Of a DNA stretch of 64,000 nucleotides, positions 10,257 through 19,122 are shown one piece after another. A model generated the notes under the pieces. The model made no database searches, was not told the DNA's origin, and saw only the letters and a program-made list of their open reading frames with translations. How positions within the stretch are numbered: the stretch's first letter is position 1; each line of letters begins with the position of its first letter. Origin of the DNA: Sedimentisphaerales bacterium (lineage in GTDB: Bacteria; Planctomycetota; Phycisphaerae; Sedimentisphaerales; SM23-30). The position numbers and the translations under genes are program-made. The stretch lies in assembly GCA_963666285.1 (NCBI GenBank), contig OY762711.1, one strand, 5' to 3'.

Positions 10257-11360
10257 ATGATTTACTTATTCTCTATATTAGTTTTTACAATAATTATTGT
10301 TATATTAACAGCTGCCTTAATCTTTGCCGAAAAAGTACTGGTAAACTATGGTGTATGCAAAATCAACATTAACGATGGTACTAAAGAATTGGAAGTTGAC
10401 GGCGGCCAGTCACTACTATCGGCTTTTTATTCAAACAAAATCTTTATACCATCAGCCTGCGGCGGCAAAGGTTCTTGCGGTTTCTGCAAAGTAACCGTTC
10501 CAAATGGTGGCGGTCCTGTTCTGCCGACAGAACTGCCCTACCTCAACCGAAGAGAGATTAAAACTAATATCAGACTGGCATGCCAGGTAAAAATACGTGA
10601 GGACATAATTGTCACAATGCCGGAAGAATACCTGGCGGTACAGGAATTTGAAGCAGAGGTTATCAGCACTATACCTTTGACCTCTGATATTAAAGAAGTT
10701 CAGTTTAAACTAATTTCACCGGAAATAATGAAGCAGAAAGCAGGCCAGTATATTCAGCTGATGTGCCCTGATGAAGATGACTTCGTTTACCGGGCATATT
10801 CTATAAGCTCACCTCCATCCAAACCTGATATAGTAGAAATCATTGTCAGGCTCGTTCCAGGCGGTATCGGATCTACTTATATCCATAACCTGGAAGTGGG
10901 CGACAAGGTAACCCTTACAGGTCCATATGGTGACTTTATCCTGAACGAAGAGCCTGACACCGAAATGATCTGTGTTGGCGGTGGTGCCGGCATGGCCCCA
11001 ATGAAAAATATCATCTATACAATATATGAAAAATGGCCTGACAGGAAATGCACCCTGTACTTTGGCTGTCGCAATACCTCCGATACAATCTATCTTGACA
11101 TGTTCAAAGAATTTAAAGAAGAACATCCTGCATTTAACTATGTCTATGCCCTTTCAGACCAGCTTGCCCCAGAAGAAGCTGCTTCCTGGGACGGTGAAAC
11201 CGGGTTTATCCATCTGTCTGTTGATAAATACCTGGAAGAAAATACCAAGAGTCAGGCATTCCTCTGCGGCCCGCCGCTAATGATTGATGCAGTCACAAAG
11301 ACATTGAAATCAAAAGGTCTGGAAGATGATGATATCTTCTTCGATGATTTTGGCGGATAA
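10257..11360 (+). CDS. nqrF: Na+-NQR subunit F (2Fe-2S, FAD and NAD-binding)
   Basis: N-terminal TM, SACGGKGSCGFC..RLACQ, RAYSIS, GGGAGMAP, LCGPP and terminal FDDFGG. Confidence 0.9.
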   Translation: MIYLFSILVFTIIIVILTAALIFAEKVLVNYGVCKININDGTKELEVDGGQSLLSAFYSNKIFIPSACGGKGSCGFCKVTVPNGGGPVLPTELPYLNRREIKTNIRLACQVKIREDIIVTMPEEYLAVQEFEAEVISTIPLTSDIKEVQFKLISPEIMKQKAGQYIQLMCPDEDDFVYRAYSISSPPSKPDIVEIIVRLVPGGIGSTYIHNLEVGDKVTLTGPYGDFILNEEPDTEMICVGGGAGMAPMKNIIYTIYEKWPDRKCTLYFGCRNTSDTIYLDMFKEFKEEHPAFNYVYALSDQLAPEEAASWDGETGFIHLSVDKYLEENTKSQAFLCGPPLMIDAVTKTLKSKGLEDDDIFFDDFGG

Positions 11361-11388
11361 AATATAAGAGCAATAAAACTGTTTAATA

Positions 11389-11805
11389 ATGAGTGTTACT
11401 ATGAAACGAGCTATTTCTCTACTTCTAACATGTTTAACTGTTGTGAGTTCCGGAACCGCAGCTCCTATGGAAGATATCATAGGTCGCCCTATTGTAATTG
11501 TTGATGCCCAAGTCACAGAACCTATTGACGATACAGATGATCGCAAACGGTACCTTATATACTCCATGGTCCTGATCCTGTTCTACATCATATTCCAGAA
11601 TAGCAATTTCTATGGTTTTCAACTGCTTTGTTTATATTTTTCAATTATCTTCTTATTATTAAGCATCAAAAAAGGAATAATAAAAAGTATAGCTGTCTGG
11701 ATTTTGCACATAATATCAAACCCAATCATCGCTGGTATCATATGGATAATAATAGCATTCATATCCTGTACAAATTGGGATAAGTTTATAAGGCATACGG
11801 TCTGA
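11389..11805 (+). CDS. Hypothetical small membrane protein
   Basis: 138-aa ORF with a signal-like N-terminus and about 3 hydrophobic segments; overlaps the 3' end of the convergent FtsK-like gene by 20 bp. Confidence 0.45.
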   Translation: MSVTMKRAISLLLTCLTVVSSGTAAPMEDIIGRPIVIVDAQVTEPIDDTDDRKRYLIYSMVLILFYIIFQNSNFYGFQLLCLYFSIIFLLLSIKKGIIKSIAVWILHIISNPIIAGIIWIIIAFISCTNWDKFIRHTV

Positions 11806-14800
11806 ATTTTTCCAATACCCCCTGTTCTTCACTATAAAATAAAGCCCTATGGAACCCCAGTTGATTAGCTGCCGGGGAATCGATCAGATTACTTGAGTCA
11901 GTCAAAGACATCTGGAACAGAACCCTGTTGTCAAATTCTCGCACCGTAGCCCTGTCACAGGCTCTCTCGAGTGATGATAAGGTATCTACCCAGACAATAG
12001 TATGAATACCAAATACAGGACCCTCTCGTAATAGTTCAGCAAACATTTTATCAGGTTTAGGCTTTTCCTCTGCATCCATTGAAAAGCTGAAATCATCTTC
12101 ACCCTTTCGCAAAACACGATAACGATGCAGTCCGTAAATCATTATAAATACCGGAGGTGCATCAACAACATCATTTTCTGTTCTTTCCTGCAGTTCCTCA
12201 GATAAGGCAGCAAAAGTCTCTTCGACAGCCTTTAGCGGCACATCAATATAGTCAATACCAAGCTCTTCAGCAAGAGCAGTCAGTTTGCCTTCGGTGGCAC
12301 TGCCAGCCGGGCTGCCGTCAAGGATAATATAGCGAGCATCCTTATTCTGGGCAGCAAGTGATTTGATTGCAGCGGCAGCTATTCCTAATGCAGCATCATC
12401 ACGCTGGCCGGTAATAAGCAGGTTAGTTCCACTCTGGCGCTGGAAAGTAACTGCAGTCGGCGACTTAATACTGACAGGCTCACCCAGCCAGGCAACCGGA
12501 GAATGAATATCCGCCTGAGTTTGGCCTGAGATAAAGTCCACCAGCAGTTTATTATCAACAATATGTGCCGGAGCATTTCCTTCAAACACAATCATCTTAG
12601 GTGGCTGATAATTATCTTTTGCTGCCTGAGATACCACTTTATCGATATTATTATCCCTGACCAATTCACTTATCCAGGCAGTCTGGAAAGGACTGTTTCC
12701 TGTAACCATTCCGCCTGCATCATTATAAATTGCCTCACCTGGCCTGTTAAGCAGTCGAGCCGCAGTATTATCATCATCCAGAATAAGCTGAGAATCAGCC
12801 TCAGAACATTGCATTGCAATCCTAACTGCCATCTGACCGATAGTACTTCGAGCCAGAGAAGCCGGACCGCCCAGAGTTTGCGAACCAAGTATCACATGTA
12901 TGCCAAATGCTCGCCCCTGACGGACAAGCTGTTCCAGCAGCAAAGCTGCATTCTGGGAAATCTGGTCATCTTCGCTGAAAAATATCTGGAACTCATCAAC
13001 TATCAGTATCGCACGCGGCAGCTTAATACCAGTTGCTTCTCGATATCCTGCGATATCCTGGACCCCGGCATTACGAAAATCGTTTCCCCGCCTGGTCATT
13101 TCATTGTCAAGCTTCTGCAGAACACTAAGACCAAATTCCCGATCAGATTCAATAGCAACTACCCGGGCGTGAGGCAGCTGTTTTTCGGCATATGCCTTGA
13201 ACTCAACACCTTTTTTAAAGTCTATCAAATACAGCTCAACCTGCTCAGGTGAATACCAGGAAGACATAGCTGCAATTATAACATGCAGCAAAGTAGATTT
13301 ACCGGAACCTGTCTTACCAGCTATAAGAATATGCTGCGACACTCCCCTGCCAAGCTTGAGATACTGCAAACGAGTAGCTCCTGTTCGGCCAATTGGAATT
13401 ACCAGTTCCCGGCCATTATCCTGAGACCAGTAATTCCCATCTTCGGGTACTACACAATCAAAAGGCACTTCCACCCGCAGCGAATCCTGACCGGCTTTGC
13501 CAACTTTATGCATTATATCTGTGATTACACTTTCAGCGGGCGGCATATCAAGAGAAAGAGGAAACTGTGACAAAATACTATCCTGCCAGACAAATGTTCC
13601 ATCTTCATACTTAAGCCAGGTGCTATTCGCCTTTAAATCATCAAGGTCGATACCATCCGGCAAAGGCTGGCGACTGTCAAAGGCTATCAAAGTATAAACT
13701 CCACATCTTGGCCCACTGTTAATTATACTCTTAAGATGCTTAACACTTTCTTCATTGAAATTCTGCGGAAAATCTGCTATCACCAGGAAACGATACGGTT
13801 CGGCGAGCTCGCCGGCCTGCTTGTTGTACTGCTCGATAGTACTGAACTCATTTCGAAGATATTTCTGGATAACATTTTCCATATGAGCAGTAAGGTCTTC
13901 CAGTTGAGACTTAATATGTGAGGGACTGGTCCAGATACGCCCGCCAATAAGAGCTTCTTCATAATCAGCAGCATGCATAAATCCGGCAAAGTTTTCACCA
14001 AGACCAACAGGGTCCACTATAGTAAAATGTACCCTTCCGGCAGGTAACGAAGTAAATAGACGTAACACTGCCGCTTTAAGAATATCAATTGCATCTTCAC
14101 GACCATCTCTTTTTGCCTGCAGCAGCATAGAACATTTATCTGGAAATGTTAATGCCGCAGACATATTCAATTGGTCAGGCAACTCAAGCGGTCCGGCTTC
14201 CAATGCTTTTGGTTCAATTATAGTAGTATCAACCAAAAACTCGCCAACACGAATTTTATCATGATTGGCCCCACTTTGCCAGTTATTCCAGCTTTCATCG
14301 TTCCAGTTTATTTTGAGCTCATTATTTAAACTTTCCACCTGAGAAACTGCAGCCCGGATAACTGCCGCACCTTCTCGCCATCGCTGCATTAGAAGTTCAA
14401 AGTCATTTTCATATCTTTCTGTATACTCACTTTCCTGCTCAACAAATCTCTTTCGGGCAGATGCAGTATTAAGTTCAAAATCTTTCTTTATTCTTTCACA
14501 CTTTTGCTTATTGTCATCCTCAAGCTCTTCAAGCTGTTCTTGCCGCTTCTGCTTCAACTCTAATAGTTTTTTACCGCTTTCGGCATCCAGCTTTTCATAA
14601 GTACTATTTACCTTGGCTTTTGCCTGAGCAACTGCCTGTTCCAGATTTTGTTTAAGCTCAGATTTTTTACTCTCAAGTTCAGCTTTTGCCTCTTCCTTTG
14701 CTTTCTTTAATTCAGCCATTGCCTTAGAGTAACGTATCTCAAGAATTACAAGAGAAGCTGAAAGATCCTGCATAATGCCCTGATATAACTTAACAGCTTT

Positions 14801-15661
14801 GACTTTTCCGCTTCGCCAGAACAGAAAAATACCTGCCAGAGAAACAACAATTGCTCCAAACCCGGCAACAACTCCTGCAATTTTAAACGGCGGTAGAGCC
14901 TGTCCCTGGCTCTCACATACAAACCATGCTCCCGCAACAGCAGCACCACAAACCAGGAGAACAATCATATATGGAACCACACCTGAGGCAATCTTACATC
15001 CGCTTATATTTCCCAGCCATGCAATATTTTCTTTAGCCCTGTCTAATACAACCTTGAATTCTTTATCCGGATTTTTAACTGCATTATTTTCAGGTTCCAG
15101 AACCGCTATTTTATCAGGAGTAATATGATAGCGTTTCATGATCCACTGAGCATATTCCTGCTGCTCGTGGACATGCTCTTTTGCCTTCGGCATAGCCTCA
15201 TCTGTTTCTCGTTTATCCTGAGAACACCGCTTTAGCACAGCTTCATATGCAGTATCTGCGGATAACTGCTCATATTCATTTCCTGCCTGAACATCCTTAA
15301 TTTTTAATTTGGCCTTTGCTTCAGCTTCGGCTTTTTCCTCGGCAATATAATCCTCTAATCGAGTAATATCGCTATCAAATTTGTCTGTAATTTCCTGAAG
15401 CTTCTGTTTGTATTCATTTTCATATTTGTTTACCAACTGATCATATTTAGTTTTTTGCTCTTTAGTAGCCTCTTCAAACTCTCTTTTAACTTCAGATTCA
15501 GAAGACTCTTTTGCCTGCTCTATCTGATCAATCACATCAACACATTTCTCTTTGCTAAGTTTAATTACTTCAGCAAGAGCAGCTTTCTGCAAATCTCTAT
15601 AATCCATCCCGCTAAAATCGGGAGCTTGTTCCTTTAAATAGTCAGCTAGATTATCTTTCAT
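11786..15661 (-). CDS. FtsK/SpoIIIE-domain membrane ATPase, EssC/EccC-like coupling protein
   Basis: Long K/E-rich coiled coil interrupted by two TMs, then three FtsK-like domains. The middle one has Walker A AGKTGSGKST, LIDFKKG, Walker B LIVDEFQ and QGRAFGIH; the flanking two are degenerate. Confidence 0.88.
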   Translation of the reverse strand: MKDNLADYLKEQAPDFSGMDYRDLQKAALAEVIKLSKEKCVDVIDQIEQAKESSESEVKREFEEATKEQKTKYDQLVNKYENEYKQKLQEITDKFDSDITRLEDYIAEEKAEAEAKAKLKIKDVQAGNEYEQLSADTAYEAVLKRCSQDKRETDEAMPKAKEHVHEQQEYAQWIMKRYHITPDKIAVLEPENNAVKNPDKEFKVVLDRAKENIAWLGNISGCKIASGVVPYMIVLLVCGAAVAGAWFVCESQGQALPPFKIAGVVAGFGAIVVSLAGIFLFWRSGKVKAVKLYQGIMQDLSASLVILEIRYSKAMAELKKAKEEAKAELESKKSELKQNLEQAVAQAKAKVNSTYEKLDAESGKKLLELKQKRQEQLEELEDDNKQKCERIKKDFELNTASARKRFVEQESEYTERYENDFELLMQRWREGAAVIRAAVSQVESLNNELKINWNDESWNNWQSGANHDKIRVGEFLVDTTIIEPKALEAGPLELPDQLNMSAALTFPDKCSMLLQAKRDGREDAIDILKAAVLRLFTSLPAGRVHFTIVDPVGLGENFAGFMHAADYEEALIGGRIWTSPSHIKSQLEDLTAHMENVIQKYLRNEFSTIEQYNKQAGELAEPYRFLVIADFPQNFNEESVKHLKSIINSGPRCGVYTLIAFDSRQPLPDGIDLDDLKANSTWLKYEDGTFVWQDSILSQFPLSLDMPPAESVITDIMHKVGKAGQDSLRVEVPFDCVVPEDGNYWSQDNGRELVIPIGRTGATRLQYLKLGRGVSQHILIAGKTGSGKSTLLHVIIAAMSSWYSPEQVELYLIDFKKGVEFKAYAEKQLPHARVVAIESDREFGLSVLQKLDNEMTRRGNDFRNAGVQDIAGYREATGIKLPRAILIVDEFQIFFSEDDQISQNAALLLEQLVRQGRAFGIHVILGSQTLGGPASLARSTIGQMAVRIAMQCSEADSQLILDDDNTAARLLNRPGEAIYNDAGGMVTGNSPFQTAWISELVRDNNIDKVVSQAAKDNYQPPKMIVFEGNAPAHIVDNKLLVDFISGQTQADIHSPVAWLGEPVSIKSPTAVTFQRQSGTNLLITGQRDDAALGIAAAAIKSLAAQNKDARYIILDGSPAGSATEGKLTALAEELGIDYIDVPLKAVEETFAALSEELQERTENDVVDAPPVFIMIYGLHRYRVLRKGEDDFSFSMDAEEKPKPDKMFAELLREGPVFGIHTIVWVDTLSSLERACDRATVREFDNRVLFQMSLTDSSNLIDSPAANQLGFHRALFYSEEQGVLEKFRPYAL

Positions 15662-15706
15662 TTTTGTAGTTTCTCCATGCCTGAAATCTAAATTTTATCA
15701 GGTGCC

Positions 15707-15919
15707 TTACAAACAGTCATTTTTTATCCTGCTTACCAGTGCATCAAGCTGTTCCATAGCGGATTTCGATTTCCTGAGTTCTGTTTCCAGTGGTTCAATA
15801 TATCTCTTTTCAAAATAATCAGCCATCTCATCTCGCCAGCTAAGCCTCAACTCACTCCAATCACGGCCAAGTTCTTTAGCGATAAGAGAAAGTCTTGCAT
15901 GTGCATCTTTAACGCTCAT
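15707..15919 (-). CDS. Small WXG100-like helical protein (70 aa)
   Basis: ATG at 15919, 1 nt after the upstream stop. MSVKDAHARL...ELRLSWRDEMADYF...: helix-W-x-D-helix. Confidence 0.7.
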   Translation of the reverse strand: MSVKDAHARLSLIAKELGRDWSELRLSWRDEMADYFEKRYIEPLETELRKSKSAMEQLDALVSRIKNDCL

Positions 15920-15920
15920 T

Positions 15921-16499
15921 TTACTGCCCCATTTCCTGTTTGTCTTTATCGTCAGAACCTTTGTCAAATTCCTGGTCTTGTTCAATCTCACCGTCACGCA
16001 TAAAATCAACCCCTTCCATGGAACTGTAATCGGCATATTTCTCTAGTGAAATAATCATTGATTCCAGGTTTCCGCATGCTTTGGGCAGACTTTCTTCTGT
16101 TATAGATGCCAGTCCCTGAACAGCACCTTTATAATTAAAGATTTCTTTCTCTAGGATACTGCTCCAACGCTTGATTGCCTTAAGCTTCTGCTCAGCTTCT
16201 TCCAGTTGAAACTTTGCCTTCTGATATGCTTTTTCCTCATCCACAAATGAACGCCGATTGCCTAACATTGTCTTTTCGTTTTTCTTTCGCTGCAGCTCTC
16301 GTCGTGCTGTCTGACACTGCTCATGACGTTTGCGATATATAGTCTCCCAATGTTTACGCTGATCCTGGACTAGCCAGTTTCTAAACCGCTGAATATCTGA
16401 CTCAGCCTCACTAAAAGAAGATTTAAGAGCATCCCTGGCTTTAATCAAACCTACCCTGAACTCTTTTAGATTATCTACTGAACTAATATTGGCTCGCAT
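15921..16499 (-). CDS. Helical/coiled-coil protein, putative extended WXG100-like substrate or chaperone
   Basis: 192 aa, essentially all predicted helix, with an acidic C-terminal tail. Lies between two WXG100-like genes; AAGGA SD upstream. Confidence 0.7.
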   Translation of the reverse strand: MRANISSVDNLKEFRVGLIKARDALKSSFSEAESDIQRFRNWLVQDQRKHWETIYRKRHEQCQTARRELQRKKNEKTMLGNRRSFVDEEKAYQKAKFQLEEAEQKLKAIKRWSSILEKEIFNYKGAVQGLASITEESLPKACGNLESMIISLEKYADYSSMEGVDFMRDGEIEQDQEFDKGSDDKDKQEMGQ

Positions 16500-16548
16500 T
16501 ATATCTTTCCTTTTTTCGACAAGTAATTAATACAAAGATATCTAATTT

Positions 16549-16821
16549 TTATCTCTGTCTTAGATACTCTTCAATATGATGAGCCTTTTTGAGCAGTGTT
16601 TTTGAATGCATTTCAGACATTTCAAGAAATCTGCTCAATGACTTTACCGTCAGGTCAAACTCTGACGAAAATTTCACCTGCTCCTGGTCGTTCCATGTTC
16701 GCTCAAGGGCACCCATTTTTGCCTTTAAACTGCCAAACAGCTTCTGCATCTCACCGTTAAATCTATTCAGCTCTTTAGCAAACCTTCTCAGTTCATCAGG
16801 ATCTACATTAACCTTGGCCAT
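16549..16821 (-). CDS. WXG100 family type VII secretion target-like protein (90 aa)
   Basis: MAKVNVDPDELRRFAKEL N-terminus typical of EsxA-like proteins, central TWNDQ (W-x-D in place of WxG), size of 90 aa. Confidence 0.85.
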   Translation of the reverse strand: MAKVNVDPDELRRFAKELNRFNGEMQKLFGSLKAKMGALERTWNDQEQVKFSSEFDLTVKSLSRFLEMSEMHSKTLLKKAHHIEEYLRQR

Positions 16822-17878
16822 TTTCGTCTCCTGTTTTTATCTCTTGCTTTTCATATAATTTAGGTTTATTTATAAATATCAGCATCAGGACAACACCAAG
16901 TACTATCGAAAAAATCGACAGATTTTGAGATATTGTCAACTTATCAAATTCAAGCGGACTATCTGCCCGTAATCCTTCGATAATAAATCGGCTTATTCCA
17001 TATAGGATCAAAAGGTAGGTAAAGGTTATTCCTTTATTCTTGCGTCTGGAGAAACTGAATAACAGCACCCCACATATTAATAACGCGTTTAAGGAAGAAT
17101 ATATTTGGGTAGGATGAATTTTTTTCATTGGATATTTATCAGAACGCAAATCTGCCACTAAATTTTCCGGTAATTCAGTTATCGGTCTAGGATATTTATA
17201 ATAATCCTCCCTTTTTTCTTTGGGAATGACTTCTTTGCTAACTACAAATTCTCCCTGATCATTCAAATATCCACCATAATATTCCAAAGGCAGCTCAATT
17301 TCCGGACCGGAATCCCTGTCAAAGTCTCGATGCAGCTGATGAGAGTATGGTAAGCTGTAACGTATTGTTTTACCTCCGTTTACCCCCATTTCGGTAATAT
17401 CGTTGACTGCTGGGAAAGTTATCCCCCATGAGTGATCGCAAACCTTTCCATAGCAGCAGCCGTTCATAAAACAGCCAATTCTGCCAAATGCCAGACCAAG
17501 CATAAGGGCTGGGGCCAGGATATCCATATAAACCCTGATTGGCATTTTTTTGATTCTTGCATATATCAGCATTGTAATAGAAGCCGTTATGAAACCTCCG
17601 ACAAACTCCAGGCCGCCACGCCAGATTTTTATGACATCAAAGAAATTATCCTGATAGTCGCTCCAAAAATGAACTACATGGAATATTCGGGCTCCAATAA
17701 CACCGCCAAGCATGGCATAAATTATCAAATTTGCTATATTATCGGGATTTTCACCGACTCTTTTAGCATTTCTACTGGCCAGCATGCCGCCAAAGATAAA
17801 TGCCAAAACCAGCATCAGGCCGTAACTCTGAACTGTAAGGTTTATACCGGGGATTGTAAATACTTCTGGTCTCATCAA
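16808..17878 (-). CDS. lgt: Prolipoprotein diacylglyceryl transferase
   Basis: SYGLM, GARIFHV, GGLEFVGG, GRIGCFMNGCCYG, HPTQIY and RFIIEGLR motifs; long hydrophilic insertion. Confidence 0.93.
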   Translation of the reverse strand: MMRPEVFTIPGINLTVQSYGLMLVLAFIFGGMLASRNAKRVGENPDNIANLIIYAMLGGVIGARIFHVVHFWSDYQDNFFDVIKIWRGGLEFVGGFITASITMLIYARIKKMPIRVYMDILAPALMLGLAFGRIGCFMNGCCYGKVCDHSWGITFPAVNDITEMGVNGGKTIRYSLPYSHQLHRDFDRDSGPEIELPLEYYGGYLNDQGEFVVSKEVIPKEKREDYYKYPRPITELPENLVADLRSDKYPMKKIHPTQIYSSLNALLICGVLLFSFSRRKNKGITFTYLLILYGISRFIIEGLRADSPLEFDKLTISQNLSIFSIVLGVVLMLIFINKPKLYEKQEIKTGDENGQG

Positions 17879-18019
17879 TTTTACTCTTCTGGGGTTAATA
17901 TCAATATATTTAAAGAATAAATGTCAAAGATGAGAAAGTAAAGACAAATTTATGCCTGTAAAGTATTTATGTATAGGTTATACGATTGAAAAATACCACA
18001 ATATGAGAAAAATGATAAT

Positions 18020-19084
18020 CTATTTAGGCTGATACAGGCAAAACGGCTCGGAACCCATATAATCGCCATCAGCAGCATAAGCTCTGGCCCGGCAGCCACC
18101 GCAAACTCTTCTGTATTCACAAATTCCGCACTTACCCGAATAGCAGTCAACATTACGAATTTCATTGAGAAACCGGCTGTTTTTCCATATTTCGACAAAA
18201 TTCAGATCATTATCTTTGAGTTCACCTGCTGAAATATCGAGAAACCCGCAAATCTGGACACTGCCGGTATGACTAATAAATGCAAAACTCTTACCTCCCA
18301 TGCACCCGGCACCATGCACTCCACTTGATGGCGGCATACCACCTCCGGAATTTTTCTTTAACTTCTCCGGCTGAGTCTGCCTCATAATCCTCTGAAAATG
18401 CGGGGCACATGTGACCCTAACTGACATATTGTCCTCAGGCAATCCCGCCAGCCAATGCAATGTCTGTTCATACTGCTCCGGCGTAAGTTCCTGTTCGGCA
18501 AGCTCTTTGCCTCTTCCGGTCGGCACCAGAAGAAAAGGATTAAATGTAACTGCACCCAAGTTCTCTGCAAGGTGCATAATATCTTTTAGCTCATTGATAT
18601 TGTGGCGTGTAATCGTCGTATTAACCTGAAAATCCAGACCACCAGACTTTGCAATTTTCGCAGCCTTGATAACGGTATTAAATGCCCCAGGGGTATTCCG
18701 AAAAGAATCATGAGTTCTGGCATTTGACCCATCAATAGATAGCGAAATGCAGCTAATCCCGGCATCTTTCATCTGCCTGACAGCTGCATCGTCAATCAAC
18801 ATCCCGCATGGCGCCATAACCATCCTCATACCAAGAGATGCTCCATAGGATGCTACCTGGTAGATATCATCCCGCATCATCGGTTCACCGCCGGTAAGAA
18901 TAATTATCGGTTTGGCAAAAGATGCTATATTGTCTAAAAGATTATAACATTCAGGAGTTGTCAGCTCTCCCGGATAGTCTATATCGCAAGCTCCTGCACG
19001 GCAATGAGTACACCTCATATTACATCGCCGGGTTATTTCCCAGGCAATCAGTTTTGGTACATATTTTTCTTCTGAATTGTTCAT
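18020..19084 (-). CDS. ahbD: Radical SAM/SPASM protein, AhbD/NirJ-like (putative heme b synthase)
   Basis: LIAWEITRRCNMRCTHCRA (CxxxCxxC), LTGGEP, FLLVPTGRG, TCAPHF and SPASM CGICEYRRVCGGCRARA. Confidence 0.75.
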   Translation of the reverse strand: MNNSEEKYVPKLIAWEITRRCNMRCTHCRAGACDIDYPGELTTPECYNLLDNIASFAKPIIILTGGEPMMRDDIYQVASYGASLGMRMVMAPCGMLIDDAAVRQMKDAGISCISLSIDGSNARTHDSFRNTPGAFNTVIKAAKIAKSGGLDFQVNTTITRHNINELKDIMHLAENLGAVTFNPFLLVPTGRGKELAEQELTPEQYEQTLHWLAGLPEDNMSVRVTCAPHFQRIMRQTQPEKLKKNSGGGMPPSSGVHGAGCMGGKSFAFISHTGSVQICGFLDISAGELKDNDLNFVEIWKNSRFLNEIRNVDCYSGKCGICEYRRVCGGCRARAYAADGDYMGSEPFCLYQPK

Positions 19085-19122
19085 AGGGGTATAAAAATAT
19101 CAAGCAACATTTCTCAGCCTGA

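Noticed and set aside
11389..11805. Small membrane ORF as an immunity protein of the T7SS-like cluster
   Set aside because: Opposite strand to the cluster, no toxin gene is visible, and there is no sequence evidence for the role.
12563..13252. 229-aa plus-strand ORF inside the FtsK-like gene
   Set aside because: Antisense shadow with no SD or domain features. The same applies to the many other short overlapping ORFs in the track.
11786..15661. Cell-division DNA translocase FtsK
   Set aside because: Has three tandem FtsK-like domains, no C-terminal gamma domain, and sits beside WXG100-like genes.
15920..16036. N-terminal 39 codons of the 109-aa ORF 15707..16036
   Set aside because: Overlaps the 192-aa gene out of frame; the ATG at 15919 directly after the upstream stop is the more plausible start.
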